This document shows positions 22,701 through 36,094 of a DNA stretch of 64,000 nucleotides, piece after piece. Within the stretch, counting starts at the first letter, position 1. Every line of letters starts with the position of its first letter. The stretch is from Raillietiella orientalis (Eukaryota). The stretch spans positions 1,612,001 through 1,676,000 of the forward strand of contig JAYWIR010000042.1 in NCBI GenBank assembly GCA_036172245.1. Reading direction: 5' to 3'. The position numbers and the translations under genes are program-made. Below the pieces are notes generated by a model. The model made no database searches, was not told the origin of the DNA, and was given only the letters and a program-made list of their open reading frames with translations.

Positions 22701-25700
22701 TATAGTCACATGGCCACCAACACAAGCCAATAAATCCAGGATTGATAAACAATGTAATTTAAGTTGTTTTTTCCGAATATATCTTCTACTATCATCTTCT
22801 ACAGTTGTAATAAGTGTAGTTTATTATTACTTGAAAGAAGATGATAAAACAACTGATTTCCAGGATCCACATGCAGATTACTTAATACATATAGGGAGGA
22901 AGTTTGCACCTAATACACAAACAGTTGACAGTATTGTGTCAAAGTATCTTATGGGAAAATGGCATCTGATACACTCGATAAAGCATAACACAGATCTGAG
23001 GGGCGTGATGGTGATCTGTTTAGCAGGCTAGAGGAGTTCCAGCAGGAATATACATCATAAGATCAGAAGATTGAGTCACCTACTGTGGAAGGACAGCCAA
23101 AGTATGTGCAAGCTCACGTCACACCAATTGTTCAACAAGAAAAACAGAAATTAATACGTTGGATGTTCATAGGATAACAGATAGTAAAACACTGGAATCT
23201 GTCGTTAACCAGCAGACTAAACAATTCAATGCTTATAAACCTACCACATCTACAAATGACAAGGATAGTAGTATACCACAATGCATGCTTGGTCAACACT
23301 TAACATGTGCATCCATGTTAGCTCAGTTGCTAAATGATTTTAAATGCTATGTAAACAATCAAGTACCTGCAAGCACTCAAATGAAGTATTAACATTGAAG
23401 AGCAGGTTAAAGAAGAAATGACCTTGATGAGAACTTTTGTAGCAGCCCTAGAACATACATGGACGAGTCCGATGGAATTATTCGAGCAACTATCCAACTC
23501 TTGACCTATAATTAGTAAGGCTCAAGGTATGCTAAAGGGTCTATCAACATCAAAATCTGATAAGCCCCCAAAGATTGGTGTGTCAAATTTAGACCCTGAA
23601 TTTTATACGACATTTATATCGTGGTTCGAAAAAAATTTCCTGAACCACTGAAAATCTTTTTTTCCACGATTATACACTACCATATACTGTGCAAGTGAGT
23701 TGGGTATAGATCAAGAACTCCCAGGGCAATCAATATTGCCTGAATTTAACTTATTAGCGTTAATGTTGGTGATTCCATCAAGTGTCCTTCCCATCAGACG
23801 TACAATTCACTTGACAGGTACACTGCTACAGTAACTCCTTAAGTTGAGTTACCACCAGCAATGCCAACATGTGGTTGGCACCATAAAATGAGTTGTTAGC
23901 AATAATATAGGGTCTATGCTGCTTTAATTGTCTGCAAATAATGCCACAATACTGAGCATACTTAAAACTAGTTTATGTGTGCTTACTTGAACAATATAGA
24001 TGCTACTACTGACAATTAAAATCACACATTTGATTCTAAATATGTTGCTACCATGGCAAATACAACATTAATTTCCAATTTCAACAGTAAACACATGCTG
24101 TGTATACAATAAGAATTTAAGCATTGGTTTCAAGCAATAAGTACTTAGAGATGAACTCTTTCAAAGCAAAATCTATGTCTATGTGGGCTTCTTGATTAGA
24201 TGTTCTTACCATTGCAGATATAACATAAATTTCCAATCTCAACAGTAAAAACGCATATCAATGGAAAATCCATATAAACATAAATTTTGCTTTGAAAGAG
24301 TTCATCTCCAAGTATTTATTGCTTGAAACCAATGCTTAAAAACTTATTGTATACATAGGTTACAGTAAGCAACTGTATCTATGAAACAATGACTTGAAGA
24401 TCAATAGGAATTATTGCAGAACAATGTCCCCAAATTGTAAACTGTTTGAATCATGGTGAATGAAAACAAAAACTGCACGAAAATTAAGAGAAATAAAGCA
24501 AATCTCATGTTTCCCTAAAAGAATGCAGTACACTACTGTCTGCAAAATCTTTGCAGTGATGAACAGCCAATTATCTCTGCATAAAATCGATTTAAATAAT
24601 GTTGGTTTCAAAACGAATTATTGTAAAAAAATAACAAATCTACAAATACCCAGCCATCTTTCTATTTTTAGAGGCAATAAGACATTTCCAACATCCTTGA
24701 ACATTTTGAAGTTATTGGATCACTTGTACTGTGAGTTTTGAAATATTTTTCTCTCTTATTGTGTCAATATTCTGCTTATCATACTCTTCCCAGCTATGTT
24801 TTACAAACTGATTTAGATGGTGATAGCATTTGATTTAGGATATTTGCTGATCACTAGACAGAAACATACGAATCCCTATTTACAGTGAAACAATCATGTC
24901 ATCAACTCATAACAAATTTTAAATGCATTCATCACCACCCAAGTCCATAATAACAGGATCAACAGAAGAGCACCATCAAATCAATTAAGAAACTATAAAT
25001 ATGACTACCTGAACACCTTAAAATTAGGTGGTCTCTAGTTTTCCTACTCAAGATAACTTAAATAAATATATCTTTATACATAGATGATACTATAGTTTAA
25101 CCAATATTAGATTTCTTGATTTCACAGGATTATGACTACACAGCACTCTTAATTACAATTCAACATGAATATAAGTGATTGCCAAAGCATGTACTCGAAC
25201 TTCGATTCATGTTGAGCTATATGTTCAGTATCTTTCTTTAAATATGTGAGTATATCATCAGTTTACCTGATATGATTGGATGAGCTGTTTCCTTATTTAA
25301 AGCAACAGGGGTGACAGCATTTACTATGGGAATTTGGCTATAGCATTTCTGAAGATATGCCAGTTGTTTATGAATCATATGTTTAGTATACAGTAGGGCC
25401 ATATCTGTTCCTTGTCCAAGTGCTAATTCCAGGAAACATACAGCTTGCTCAGCCTGTTTCAGCATACATCCAATACGAACTACCCACTGATTATAATATA
25501 CTGATCTTTGGTTACAGACTTCATTGAGTGAATGCAACAAAACAGAACCCCGCTGTTTAATGGCATCTACCAATCTAATGCCAACAATGGATATATAGCA
25601 ACAAAAACAACTCACATATTAATCAAATCCTGAATTTCAGAAACTATCTGGGAGTGACTCTGCAAGATGCTTTGACTGTGGCATTTCATGCGATTCTTTG

Positions 25701-27907
25701 CTTCTTCAAAATTGAATTTGCGTTTCCTGAAACAATAATTTGATCCAACAGCCCACCCTTAATGCTAAAGCTTAACATAAAACTACTTTTATAGAAATAA
25801 AGCAGATCACCTAAATTCCAAAAGCATACTGCTGATTTGTTTTTTCACACTGTCAGCAATTTCTGATGCAAACTTATATTGATGGTCACGATGGTCCATT
25901 AGCTGACAGTCCCGACATGTTACTTTATCACAAGTCTCACAATAAAGACTGAGTTGCTCCTAAACAAAGCACTTACGTTAGCTTTCAAATCTGTGCAAAC
26001 AAACAAGCAAATCTTAGCAAAACTTCTCATCAATTATGATATATAAACATCAGCATGCTGTCCATGTCTTTGTTTGTATGAGATGCTGAACTTCCATTCA
26101 TTAAATTCTAAACAAACTCTATGCATTACATTGAGAATAACAAACTGCAGCATACTGCACAAAAAACTATCCATGGAAGTGAATAAATAGAATGAATTCC
26201 TGAATTTTAATAAGTTATCCATATTATCTTATCTAGAAATTTGCTTGAACAATACTTTATCAATTCACTGCAGTAATTGCATTAATACAAAAACCTTTAG
26301 AAAAACATCCAAGTATGCAATAACAGATGTATCTACTGATTAAAAATATATGAATTTCAAAGTACAAGGATTATTTTGCATGGACTTTTTGTTTTCCCAA
26401 TAAAATGCAAACAGATACAACAATTACGTATACTAGCAGAAGCCACTTGAAGGAAAATAGTCCTGAAAAAAAAAGGTTTGCGAAATGCAGAAGAACTGTA
26501 TTACAATTAAAGCCCCAAGAATTACCTGCTGATGCGTTGGACAATATAGCAGTTTGTACGAAGACAATAGCTGATTTTCTGAGCAAGCATCAGCTTGTTC
26601 TTTCAGCACATGGTCTTTTGTTACTTTAACTCGTTGATGTGCCTGAAGCAAGAATTTTTTCCATCAACAAAGATGCACACTTAATTACCTCCACACATGC
26701 AACACATAACCATTCCTTGCAATTTATGCAGAATTTGAAAGCTTCTGTTTCATCAGCACAATTTGTACAAATCTGTGATGAAGTTACAGAATTAATTCTG
26801 GATGTATCATTTTCATTAACAGATTCCTTGATAAACTGATTCACAATAACTTTATCATGTGGAGTCCTTCTGTTACATGGGAAGCATGTTATAGATGCTT
26901 CTAAATAAAAAAAAGAAAGAAAAAAAGAAAAATGAATAAACATCACTTTGGACAAAATAAGTTTCTTACAAACTTATTAACCCTGCTAATGCTATTAAAA
27001 ATGCATTTTTTTTTTTTTTTCCTAAAATAACAAAACGAAACTATTTAAGGCATATGTGAACACAAAAGTCAGGCACTTTGGAGCAAACGCTATAAGAAAC
27101 AAACCTTGTATGTCTAGTTTATCATCCAATTTGGGTGTGGAACACTTTTTGCATGCAGAATGTAAACACAAAAGTAATTTGGGATCGTCATTCACGAGTT
27201 CACATCTACAGACCGCACATTTTATCTGATCCCAGGAACAGAAAATGTTAGGAGATTCACTTTGTACATTGGGACTATTTAAACTTTTGGTAGGATGCTT
27301 AATAACTGAGCAACTTATTTTATTTTCCTCATGAGTTTTAAGTAATGGTACCGCGGTCTCCGAAAATTTTGAAGGAACTTCTGAGCAAGCTTCGGATTCT
27401 TTTGATTTGCCAATGAGACTGTCCCTTGAATCAACCACTTCACTAAGATGATTTTCAAAATAAATTAACGATGGTTCCGAATCGCACTTAGCATCCTTAT
27501 TTTCTGAACCGACTACCTGCACATTTCGGTTTTCGGGGCAGTTTTTCAAATTCTCGGAATTATCTGTATACGTTAATTCGTTTAACAGGTCAACTAGAAC
27601 TGAATGAGACATGCTAACATTATCATTTCCTTTCACTCATTCTTTCTTTTTATTTTTAAATGGGATTCAACTATCTATGGGATTCCACACTTCTGTCTGT
27701 AATTCAATGACTGAATACTGACGAGGGGGGCAAACGTTGCACAAAAAATCAGTATGAAATTAACAAGCAGTGACAACAATTTATAGGAATATCGCTAATC
27801 GTAATTCCCAATTACAACTTTGTGAAATAATCTAGGCACCATTCTTTTAACATAATGTCATGGTGATTTACCTCAACAACAATGTTCAAATCTAACGATG
27901 TCGCCAT
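19793..27907 (-). CDS. TRIM33: TIF1-family RING/B-box/coiled-coil/PHD/bromodomain protein (TRIM33/bonus-like)
   Basis: RING ([18 protein letters not shown], about 27150-27220); B-box1 ([30 protein letters not shown], 26780-26610); B-box2 ([30 protein letters not shown], 26540-25880); coiled coil 25726-25267; large exon about 21753-20451 ending in the PHD ([25 protein letters not shown]); bromodomain 20300-19880. Start at 27907 ([12 protein letters not shown]|gt) and the second exon are tentative. Confidence 0.88.
22105..22400 (+). repeat. Interspersed repeat, copy 1 (TRIM33 intron)
   Basis: Aligns by eye with the reverse complement of about 31850-32275 (shared blocks taagtactgaagaa, agggaggcatcagagaggct, caaagatctttaaacac, tccgaggatgga). 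Confidence 0.85.
24098..24358. repeat. Long imperfect inverted repeat (about 90-bp arms) in a TRIM33 intron
   Basis: 24098-24190 is the reverse complement of 24265-24358 (e.g. ttaagcattggtttcaagcaataa / ttattgcttgaaaccaatgcttaa). Confidence 0.92.
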
Positions 27908-30900
27908 CTACAATGAATATTTGGTACCATTTTCTGGTACTGAGCTTTTCGAATTTTGAAACTTGAGAAAACAAGGACTTTTAGCAAAATGTAATTTTTC
28001 AAGTAGCAGTGTATCTGCCTATAAATAAATCAATGGTTTTCTAGTGTCCTCTTGTATAAAAAGAAAAAAACAAAATCAATTTATTAGCATGCATCCAGGA
28101 TGCATCATCAACTTCACTTCCGTCGAGAGCTATTTCGTTTTGTGAATTTTTTGGGGAAAATTCTGGAGCTTTATATTTCAGGTTCAGAGCGGTAAATTTA
28201 CAATTTGCATTTGAATTCTCGTCATCTTGGTTTGGCGAACATATTCTCGACCTCCCACATCCTTCGATTGTGTAACGCATTGTGTTAATTGAACGGTGCC
28301 CTTAGGCCTGCATGTGCTCTTCAGATTCTGTTGCACACATCACAAAATCAGCTTCCTCATGCAGCTGGTCCTAAGGAGATGCCACGCTGAAGTTTGCCTC
28401 CCGCCTCGATCTTTATCATCGATTTTATATTGCAGTGCTCATTAAATACGGGGCTGGTCCTCCGAACTTTGTACACCTCTGATAATGTAGAGTTCGGCGC
28501 CAAGAAAATGCTCATCAAAATAAAGGCAGCAAAAAGAAAACCCTTGAAATAGGTTGCACTTCCAAAATTCACTTTGTAGGGAAAACACTGGAGCAGTTTA
28601 CATCGGTCGACACTGCATGAAAATATTCCTCAGCGTGTTGAGATGGATCCAAAAAAGGTTGCAATCCAATATCGGCGCAGACTTTTTCTAAATTAGCAAC
28701 TTGCAAAATGAGCTCCCATTTTCAGGATGCAAAAATGCTCGTAGCAAAACAGTATTTAACTCTCTAGTTTCTGGATCATCCTATACTAGAGGACGATTTT
28801 TTTTTTTTTCCCCCTGCCTTACACAAAGAATTATTATCCTCTGTGTTGTTGTCTTTGTGTTGCAGCACGGATCATTAACATTTGAGAGAAAAATAAATAC
28901 AAAAAAATTCACACACGATGCTTCATTTAGTGAAAAACGCGGGTCTGACAAGCAATGATCGTGGCAGCAAATTGTTTTTCTGGAATTCTTTCCTAATGTC
29001 GGCAAAGGGAATTTCCTGAAATGATGATTCTAATCACAAGGACAACACAAGTCTGGAAGCTGCTCTCAAAAGCAAACGTAAATATAAAACCGCTCATCTC
29101 GGAACAGGAGAGAGCCAAAACAAGAAGGGCAGAGCAAATGCAAATACACAAAACGTGAATATTCAATCGAATAAATGGATTCAGTAAATGTTAGTATGCA
29201 TCCTTTTTCTTTCTTTCCTTCTTCCTCGAAGTTAGGCGTTTGCAGTTTTGTTGCGTGGAATGATGACATTAATCATCACGATGAGCGCTCATTCCGTATA
29301 CAGATTGCAGGCAAACCTTAAAAAGAATCTTGTTCATATCAAAATATCCTGCATGAGATAAACGAAATCTCCGTGGAAGACTATGTAACTTTTAGAAGGA
29401 AATTAATTGTTTCATAAAACGAAATCAATCCTTGGAATAAAGGTGTACTGGAAGCTATAGAATGTAAACAACATCTCCAGGTGGCAAGTACCAGATTTTT
29501 TTTACAGGAGAGAGCATATGACATGTAGAGAGCAAATAGGAACGAATGAAATTTTAGAATTGCATAAATCGGAAAAATATTGAAAAAGGAAAGGATGCTC
29601 CAAAAAAGGGATCTCCGAGCAAGGAAAGCAACAAAGTACACATCTCAATCAAACTAAAGGACTCGCCATGGCCTACCGCCAAAGTGTTCTTTGCTACCGA
29701 AATACTGCTACTGGTAACTATGGCAAGCCCGAGGGATGCAGACTTATTTGATGTCGGATCTTCTCTTCTAGCGTTCATGAGCCGCGCACCCTTCTTTATA
29801 CTGAGGAAGAGGTTTTCCGAGAATCGAAGGTTGCCGGAACCAGATGGCAGATCCTGAAAAATGTGACTCAAAATGGCCACCAACAAGGAGGACTCAGGAG
29901 CCATGAAAGGGAGGGTCTTGTAATCATAGGAAAGAGGGAAAATTCTTTGCCATATCCTTGCGACTTGAAGATGTTTTCTCTTTTTATCATTCAGGTACGT
30001 AGCAGTTTCTGGGACCTGTGAGTTATGCGTTGTTGCACTGCTGACAGTGACAGGGTTCGTTGTTTACTATTTTGGGCAGAGCAGATGACGACTTAGGTTC
30101 TCGTTTGAAGATGACCTACCACGATTTCCTGCACCATCTCCCTCACGCCACTGCTTGGGAGGTGAGAAGAAAACAGACCCCGACTTCTTGTTTGCACGAC
30201 CTTGGTAACCCTTCTGAATACTGGACTTAGTCACCCAGGCCATTCTTCAGGCTAAAGACAAAAAAAAAGATTTCCCGAAGGGATTATCCACAATTTCCTG
30301 GAGTTCTTCTTATATTCCTCAAAATTCACAGCATCAGCAGGTGCGGAAAGCCATGCACTCAAGATTTAAATGCCTGGAATTTCTGTACTTTCCAGCTGGT
30401 GGAAAACTTCAGAACTGTGGCTACCTCTGCTGACTCGTTAAGGCTTGTCTCACACCACACGCAAAATAACCATCTCTACTCTATCCACTACCATTTTCGG
30501 ATGTCAGTGGCCATCTGGCAACTTCTTTCCAGAGAGGATGGAAAGATATTCGCCGTCCGCGACCAATCTCCAACAGTAACGACCTAAAGTTATGCTGATA
30601 CCTTCAGGAACGAATGCCATTCTTCACTTTATGGAAGAAGCAGGCCTTGGAATTGAGCTTAGCAGCAGCCACTCGAGCATCATCGTGGATGTTATCCACT
30701 CTCAAATGCCAGGGAAGCATCCTGTAAATTATGCTGCTTCACTCTCCCTAAAGCTGTTGGCAGAAGGGACTTCTCATTGTCTGGAAGTCTCTTTCAGCCT
30801 CCGCAGATTTTTCTCTGAATATATGACCTTTCCAAAGAGCCTCGGGAAGAGGACACACCACAGAGGCATTCTCACACCAGAGATGCGAGGGAAAAGAGTG

Positions 30901-31849
30901 GTGGGAGCATACCGATGAAATTCCGTCGACAAGATGCGAGTTACGTGTGCTAATGTGATACTCGTGAGACTGACGGTGTTCGCGCGGAATCATCGACATA
31001 GCGTGTTAAGGTATGCACTTTGCCATTTCCTGCTATTGCAGGCTCCAACATGTGGATGACGATTGCAGGTGTACAGAATCCGGGAAAGCAATTAAACGGA
31101 TCCTTGTCTCTTCATGCACGATGTTGTTCAATCCACTGGCTGCTCCTCAAAGAGGGAGGCAATCATGGGATACTTTGACTCTCAGGGATCCTACATCCCT
31201 TGGTATGCACTTCAATGAGCTGACCAGACGGCAGTGACATCTGTTCATTAACGAGACTGTGTGACGCAGCCATCTACGCGAGCACCAGCTTATGGAGTGG
31301 GAAGGAGATGCACCCAATGAGATGCAAGGACCCTCAGTAAGCACACCTCTTCGAGTGCGTCTTCATTTATTGCTTATCAAAGCCATGGATTGCAAATGTT
31401 TGCAGACGACAGTACAAGAACGGCGGCGGCACTTTGTATTGACGTTTGTTTCTTGCTTTCGAGCAAGGAAGGATGAAAACGTGAGCGGCAAAATGGGACT
31501 ACAAAATGGGATGTTTGGAATCTCGATTTAGATTACTGCTCGAGGACCCGTTGAAGCCTTGACTTACTCTGATACTCCTGTAGTCGTGAAAATTGTGAGA
31601 ATACAACAAGCGATTCTTCTGGAATCATCTTCTGAACTCGCTCTATTGGTCCTTCTCAAGAAATTCAGGAAACTCATTTTTTTTTTCTATCAGTCGAATG
31701 AATGCCCTTCTTTAGTTCCCAATCTGTCCTATTGCTTGTGTATTCCTTGTATTGAGAGATCTCAGTGCACTCTTAAACAGCAGACGACCGTTGAAGGAGA
31801 TGGTTTACCCCCCACCCCCATACCCCCTCGGGGGATCGTCGAGCACTTC

Positions 31850-32275
31850 TGATACTGGAGAGAAGTCTCTTTGGGGAATTTCTCTTCCATGTCAGAAGTG
31901 TGCTGCTTCCTTCGGGAAGAGCCCTCCAGAGAAAATTGGAACTGTCCTTTCGAAATTCTTTCGGAAAAAGGAAACAAGAAGAAGCCCCTTGGGGATCCCT
32001 CCGGAGAGAACAAGGAAAAAGTTCCCTCCAAGGTTCCCATTGGAGACGACCAGGGTGAGAGTTGCCTTAGGGGTACCCTCCCAAGAGTATGAGGAACGGA
32101 GTCCATCCTCGGAATTTCACTCGATTAATTAGGGTGGTCTCTTCGGAGTTGCCCTCAGTACCGTCGGGTGGCATTTACAGTGTTTAAAGATCTTTGAGAG
32201 TCACCGTATGGCGGCATCGTCGAGCCTCTCTGATGCCTCCCTACGGAGATGAGCGATTCTTCAGTACTTAGAGAA
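31850..32275 (-). repeat. Interspersed repeat, copy 2 (intergenic, inverted relative to copy 1)
   Basis: See 22105-22400; ends not precisely defined. Confidence 0.8.
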
Positions 32276-33164
32276 ATAAAATAAAACCAACAGCAGCCGA
32301 CTGTTGTGTCTGCTCTCGGCTAGAGGAGTTCTGTGGAGAAATACTGAGCTGGAAATAACTTCGAGGCAGATGAAACATTTGTGTTTTCTCTTGCATCCAT
32401 TTTTAAAGATCCGTCGATATTGGCGTTTCATTTGCCGCATGAACCAAAAGCAACTGTAGAGGACGTTCCAGTCCAGCAACATCCACCTAGCATTTGCCTT
32501 TGGGAAATACCATCTGCGAAAATCGTAGGACTTCACCATCAACTTTTACATTTAGTTGCCAGAAGTAAGAAGTTTTGCCAGCATATGACGAGTTTTCATT
32601 GGTGCCACTTGATAGAAAGATAGCAATGATTTGAATGGCTGATTGTAGGTGCATCTGGAGAACAATTTCAGGCTGATTGGTGAATTAAATGAGCACAGAT
32701 GTTATTGCATCAAGGTTAGATGAGATTCGGCAATCATACTTGTGAGGTTTGTGTATAGTATGCGTACAGCTTTCTAGTCCTTCGGTGTCAGACTAGGGAT
32801 TTCTTCGAGAAAGACCCAAAGCATGAAAAGAGGAGAATCATCGTCTGAATCCTGGGAAAGGACGACTTGGGCCACCTATGATTTTCTCCAGAACGCAAAG
32901 TTCTGATGAAGAGGGCTTTTTTTTTCTCGGAATGTTCTCAATTCCATTCTTTCTCACTCCTTTGAACTACTTTTCACTTGATTCTCCTAACAGTATTACT
33001 CCAAATATCTTAGTATACCTGGTTTGCAGACTCATACACATAGCTCATGTCCTCGTATAGAGGTCATGAACATACATATGTGATGCGAGTGCACAGAATT
33101 AACGCCTCTTATTGTCCAGATGTTTAAGACTAATTTGGCTTTCGAATTGAAAGGATGTTTCTCT

Positions 33165-33211
33165 TTGCGCTGAACCTTGCGTATAATTATTATACGCAAG
33201 GTTCAGCGCAA
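33165..33211. repeat. Perfect inverted repeat, 23-bp arms with 1-nt spacer
   Basis: ttgcgctgaaccttgcgtataat-t-attatacgcaaggttcagcgcaa read directly. Confidence 0.95.
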
Positions 33212-36094
33212 TGAAGGATTTTAGGATTAATTAATGTTTCAAGTTCAACTAGGACGGAGCATTTTTGAAGTTATGAGCCCACAGCTCGGTTGTGTGGAAT
33301 CGCTTCTTGTCAGCACTGTTTTCGTCGTTCTTGTCTGTATGATGAAGACGCAGTCCATATTTCTTGTGACCCCACAGTAGTCTTTTTGAACCTTAGCTTC
33401 ATGAAGTTAGCACACACTAGCAAAAATCTCTCTCTCATCCATTCATGTCCGTTTCTATGCCTTCGATCAGTCAGTGTGATGGACATATACAAGGATCCTT
33501 ATGATCAGCAGGTTTCGCCTTCTCGCTCTGCATACAGCTCGATGTAACATACAAAATGTCGAAAAACTTTGTTTCACTTTTCTATTCAAATTATCTCCAA
33601 AAATTGCCAGGAAAATGAAAAACGCATTCATTAATCATCGTTTAGTTATTTGATGAGACAAAGAATGACCCTATGACGGAGCCTATTCTGTGCACATCTC
33701 CCAGACAAACATTGGTGCCGAGTGAGCATCGATGGATACATCAGTCGCTATAAAATAATGAACAGGGTGCCCAGTTCATACTTTTGTCATCTGTGGCCAG
33801 AGAACGGAGCAGAACAGTATAACTAAAAAAGATGAATATCTCTAGAGATTTTTCGAAATTATAACTAGATCAAATTCGAATTAATTTAATTGCAATGGCA
33901 AAGTTCCACAATTGCAATCAACTAGGGCAATTCAAACTTTGGTGGATTTTTGTGGTGGAATGGCCTTAGATATGCACAATGACTGGGCGGACAATGACTG
34001 GCATGTTTTCGAAAGTCCCTTCCCAACATTCCAATGAAGTTTTTATTGAATGACACAATTCTCTGATTGTAACGAAAGCTACATAGCCACATATTTTCCT
34101 AGAGATCTAATTCTGATTTACGAACGTTCTTCCCTAGTTCAAAGAAAATTCAAGCTCCGAATCACATGGTAAGTGACAGATCCCAAGCACAAAGACTTAC
34201 TCTAACAAATCAAAGTTTTCGATGACAGGCAAGGTAAGATTTCCTAAAAAAGAAAAATTAAGACTCGAGTCGTTAAATGAAAAAAAAAATAGATGCATTT
34301 CTTAAAGAGGACCCTATCCTACGCTGCAATTTCCCCAGTACCCCTGTCATCACCTCTTGACAGCAGCATGGAAATCGGGCACGAATTCTGAATTTTCTTT
34401 CTGTTATTTTAAAATGTGTAAGCATGTGAAATGCATGTCTGCTAGTAATGTAAACCATGAGGTAAACCAATTTGACCTGAAGGCTACAAATTATTTCATG
34501 CAGTTTTAGAAGTATTGGCGTGTGTTCACAGGAATTGAGAAGCTGCCTGGGACTCTGCTGGCTGTCTGGAGCTGCTCGACTCCATCTCTCTCTTCAAATC
34601 TACAGTCTCATCTCTTGGTGCTGAACACTAATCTCGCCAGCCGGCACTGAATTCGAAGACCGATGACCCAAACGCGAGAAAATACTTGATTGGAGATGCA
34701 CGATCGCTTTTCCTCTACCGCAGTTTCCAGACTCCTAATTAAGCTCTGTAGCATCTCGAGTTCCCACGTTTACCTCATTGTATGAGGTGCTGATATGACG
34801 GTGATGACTGGAACCGAGCTACTCACACCACGATGAGCCCTGAAAGTTTTGCTACCACCTCAGTCGCAAACAGTTTTGTTTCTTGGGATATCGGAATGGC
34901 ACAAGCACCATACGACACATGGTTATTGCTGCAAATGGTTTTTTTTTTTTTTTTTACTGTCGGCATCCACATGCAAGCCAATAATATTTGCAGCCATTCA
35001 CTGTCCACAGCACCAAGTCTGCTAGTTGCTTCGACTTCACTGTCTACTTCAAACACCATTGTATACTTGGCATAGATAGACGGTCTGTCGTATTCTTACT
35101 AGGATAGTAGCAGCTCATGTGAAATGATGCACCTTTTCCGACCTATAAAGCCTCCTGGAACCAACTGAGGTTCATTTCAGTTACTATTTAAAGTATTGTC
35201 CAACAAAAGTGCAGAAGGAACTGTACATCAGCACAGAAATATCACGGCCTCCTCTGGGGCTTTTGCATTCTAAAAAACATCCGCTATAGACGCAATGTGT
35301 GACTTCAAACATCAAATTTGCTAGTATCAGGAAGGCGACCCCACCCTCTTCTTTGGTTAGATGAACAGCCATATGATTCTTTGCTATGATTGCATATTTT
35401 ATTATAAAAACGATTTAAAGTACTATTAATCTCATGAACAGAACTCCAAAGTTTTGTCTTGGTTCAAGTGCTAAACTCATTTCTAAAACAAAATGTACTC
35501 AATTTACATCATGTATCGTACATTGCATTCAAGTAATACTGTAACCTCTTATCGTACTGTCTTTCTACGTAATTTTGAATTTTCAAATAATTTGCATTCG
35601 TTAAATTAGTCCATAGAACTATTAAGAAAACATGCCTCAACGAAAAACAAAGCGAGTGATGCGAAAGTATTTTGCTATCCTGCAAATCAGTTTTGCTGGT
35701 TGCGAAGATCAACCCCAAAATGTTGCATGAGAAAGAAGTTTGCAGTTTCACTCTATTTGTACAGGAATACAAATGCTGACTGCTACATCTTTAATTTCTG
35801 TTTTGCTTCGGAAAACATGGTCCAGGTACACTCTTCTCCGCTAGGTATATGCAGACCATGTTGGAAGCAAAATATTAACATTTTTTTTTTTTTTAATTCT
35901 AATGATAAGGGTTTAATCTAATTTCACAAAGAGATCATTAATGAAGAAGGTTCATGTGAAATCACGGGTTTGCAACTTATTTTGCATGTACCATCATTAA
36001 AATGCTAAGAGTGACAATAAAATTATTATAAAAATACAATATTCTGGTTGTCAGATTAAAAAAAAAAAAAATTCAAAACATGATGAATAACCAG

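Noticed and set aside
22465..23031. 188-aa ORF nested in a TRIM33 intron
   Set aside because: Non-ATG start, begins beside an interspersed repeat, no recognisable domain.
30400..31200. Gypsy-like RT/RNase H remnant on the minus strand
   Set aside because: Only faint motif echoes (EEWHSFL); too degraded to support without a search.
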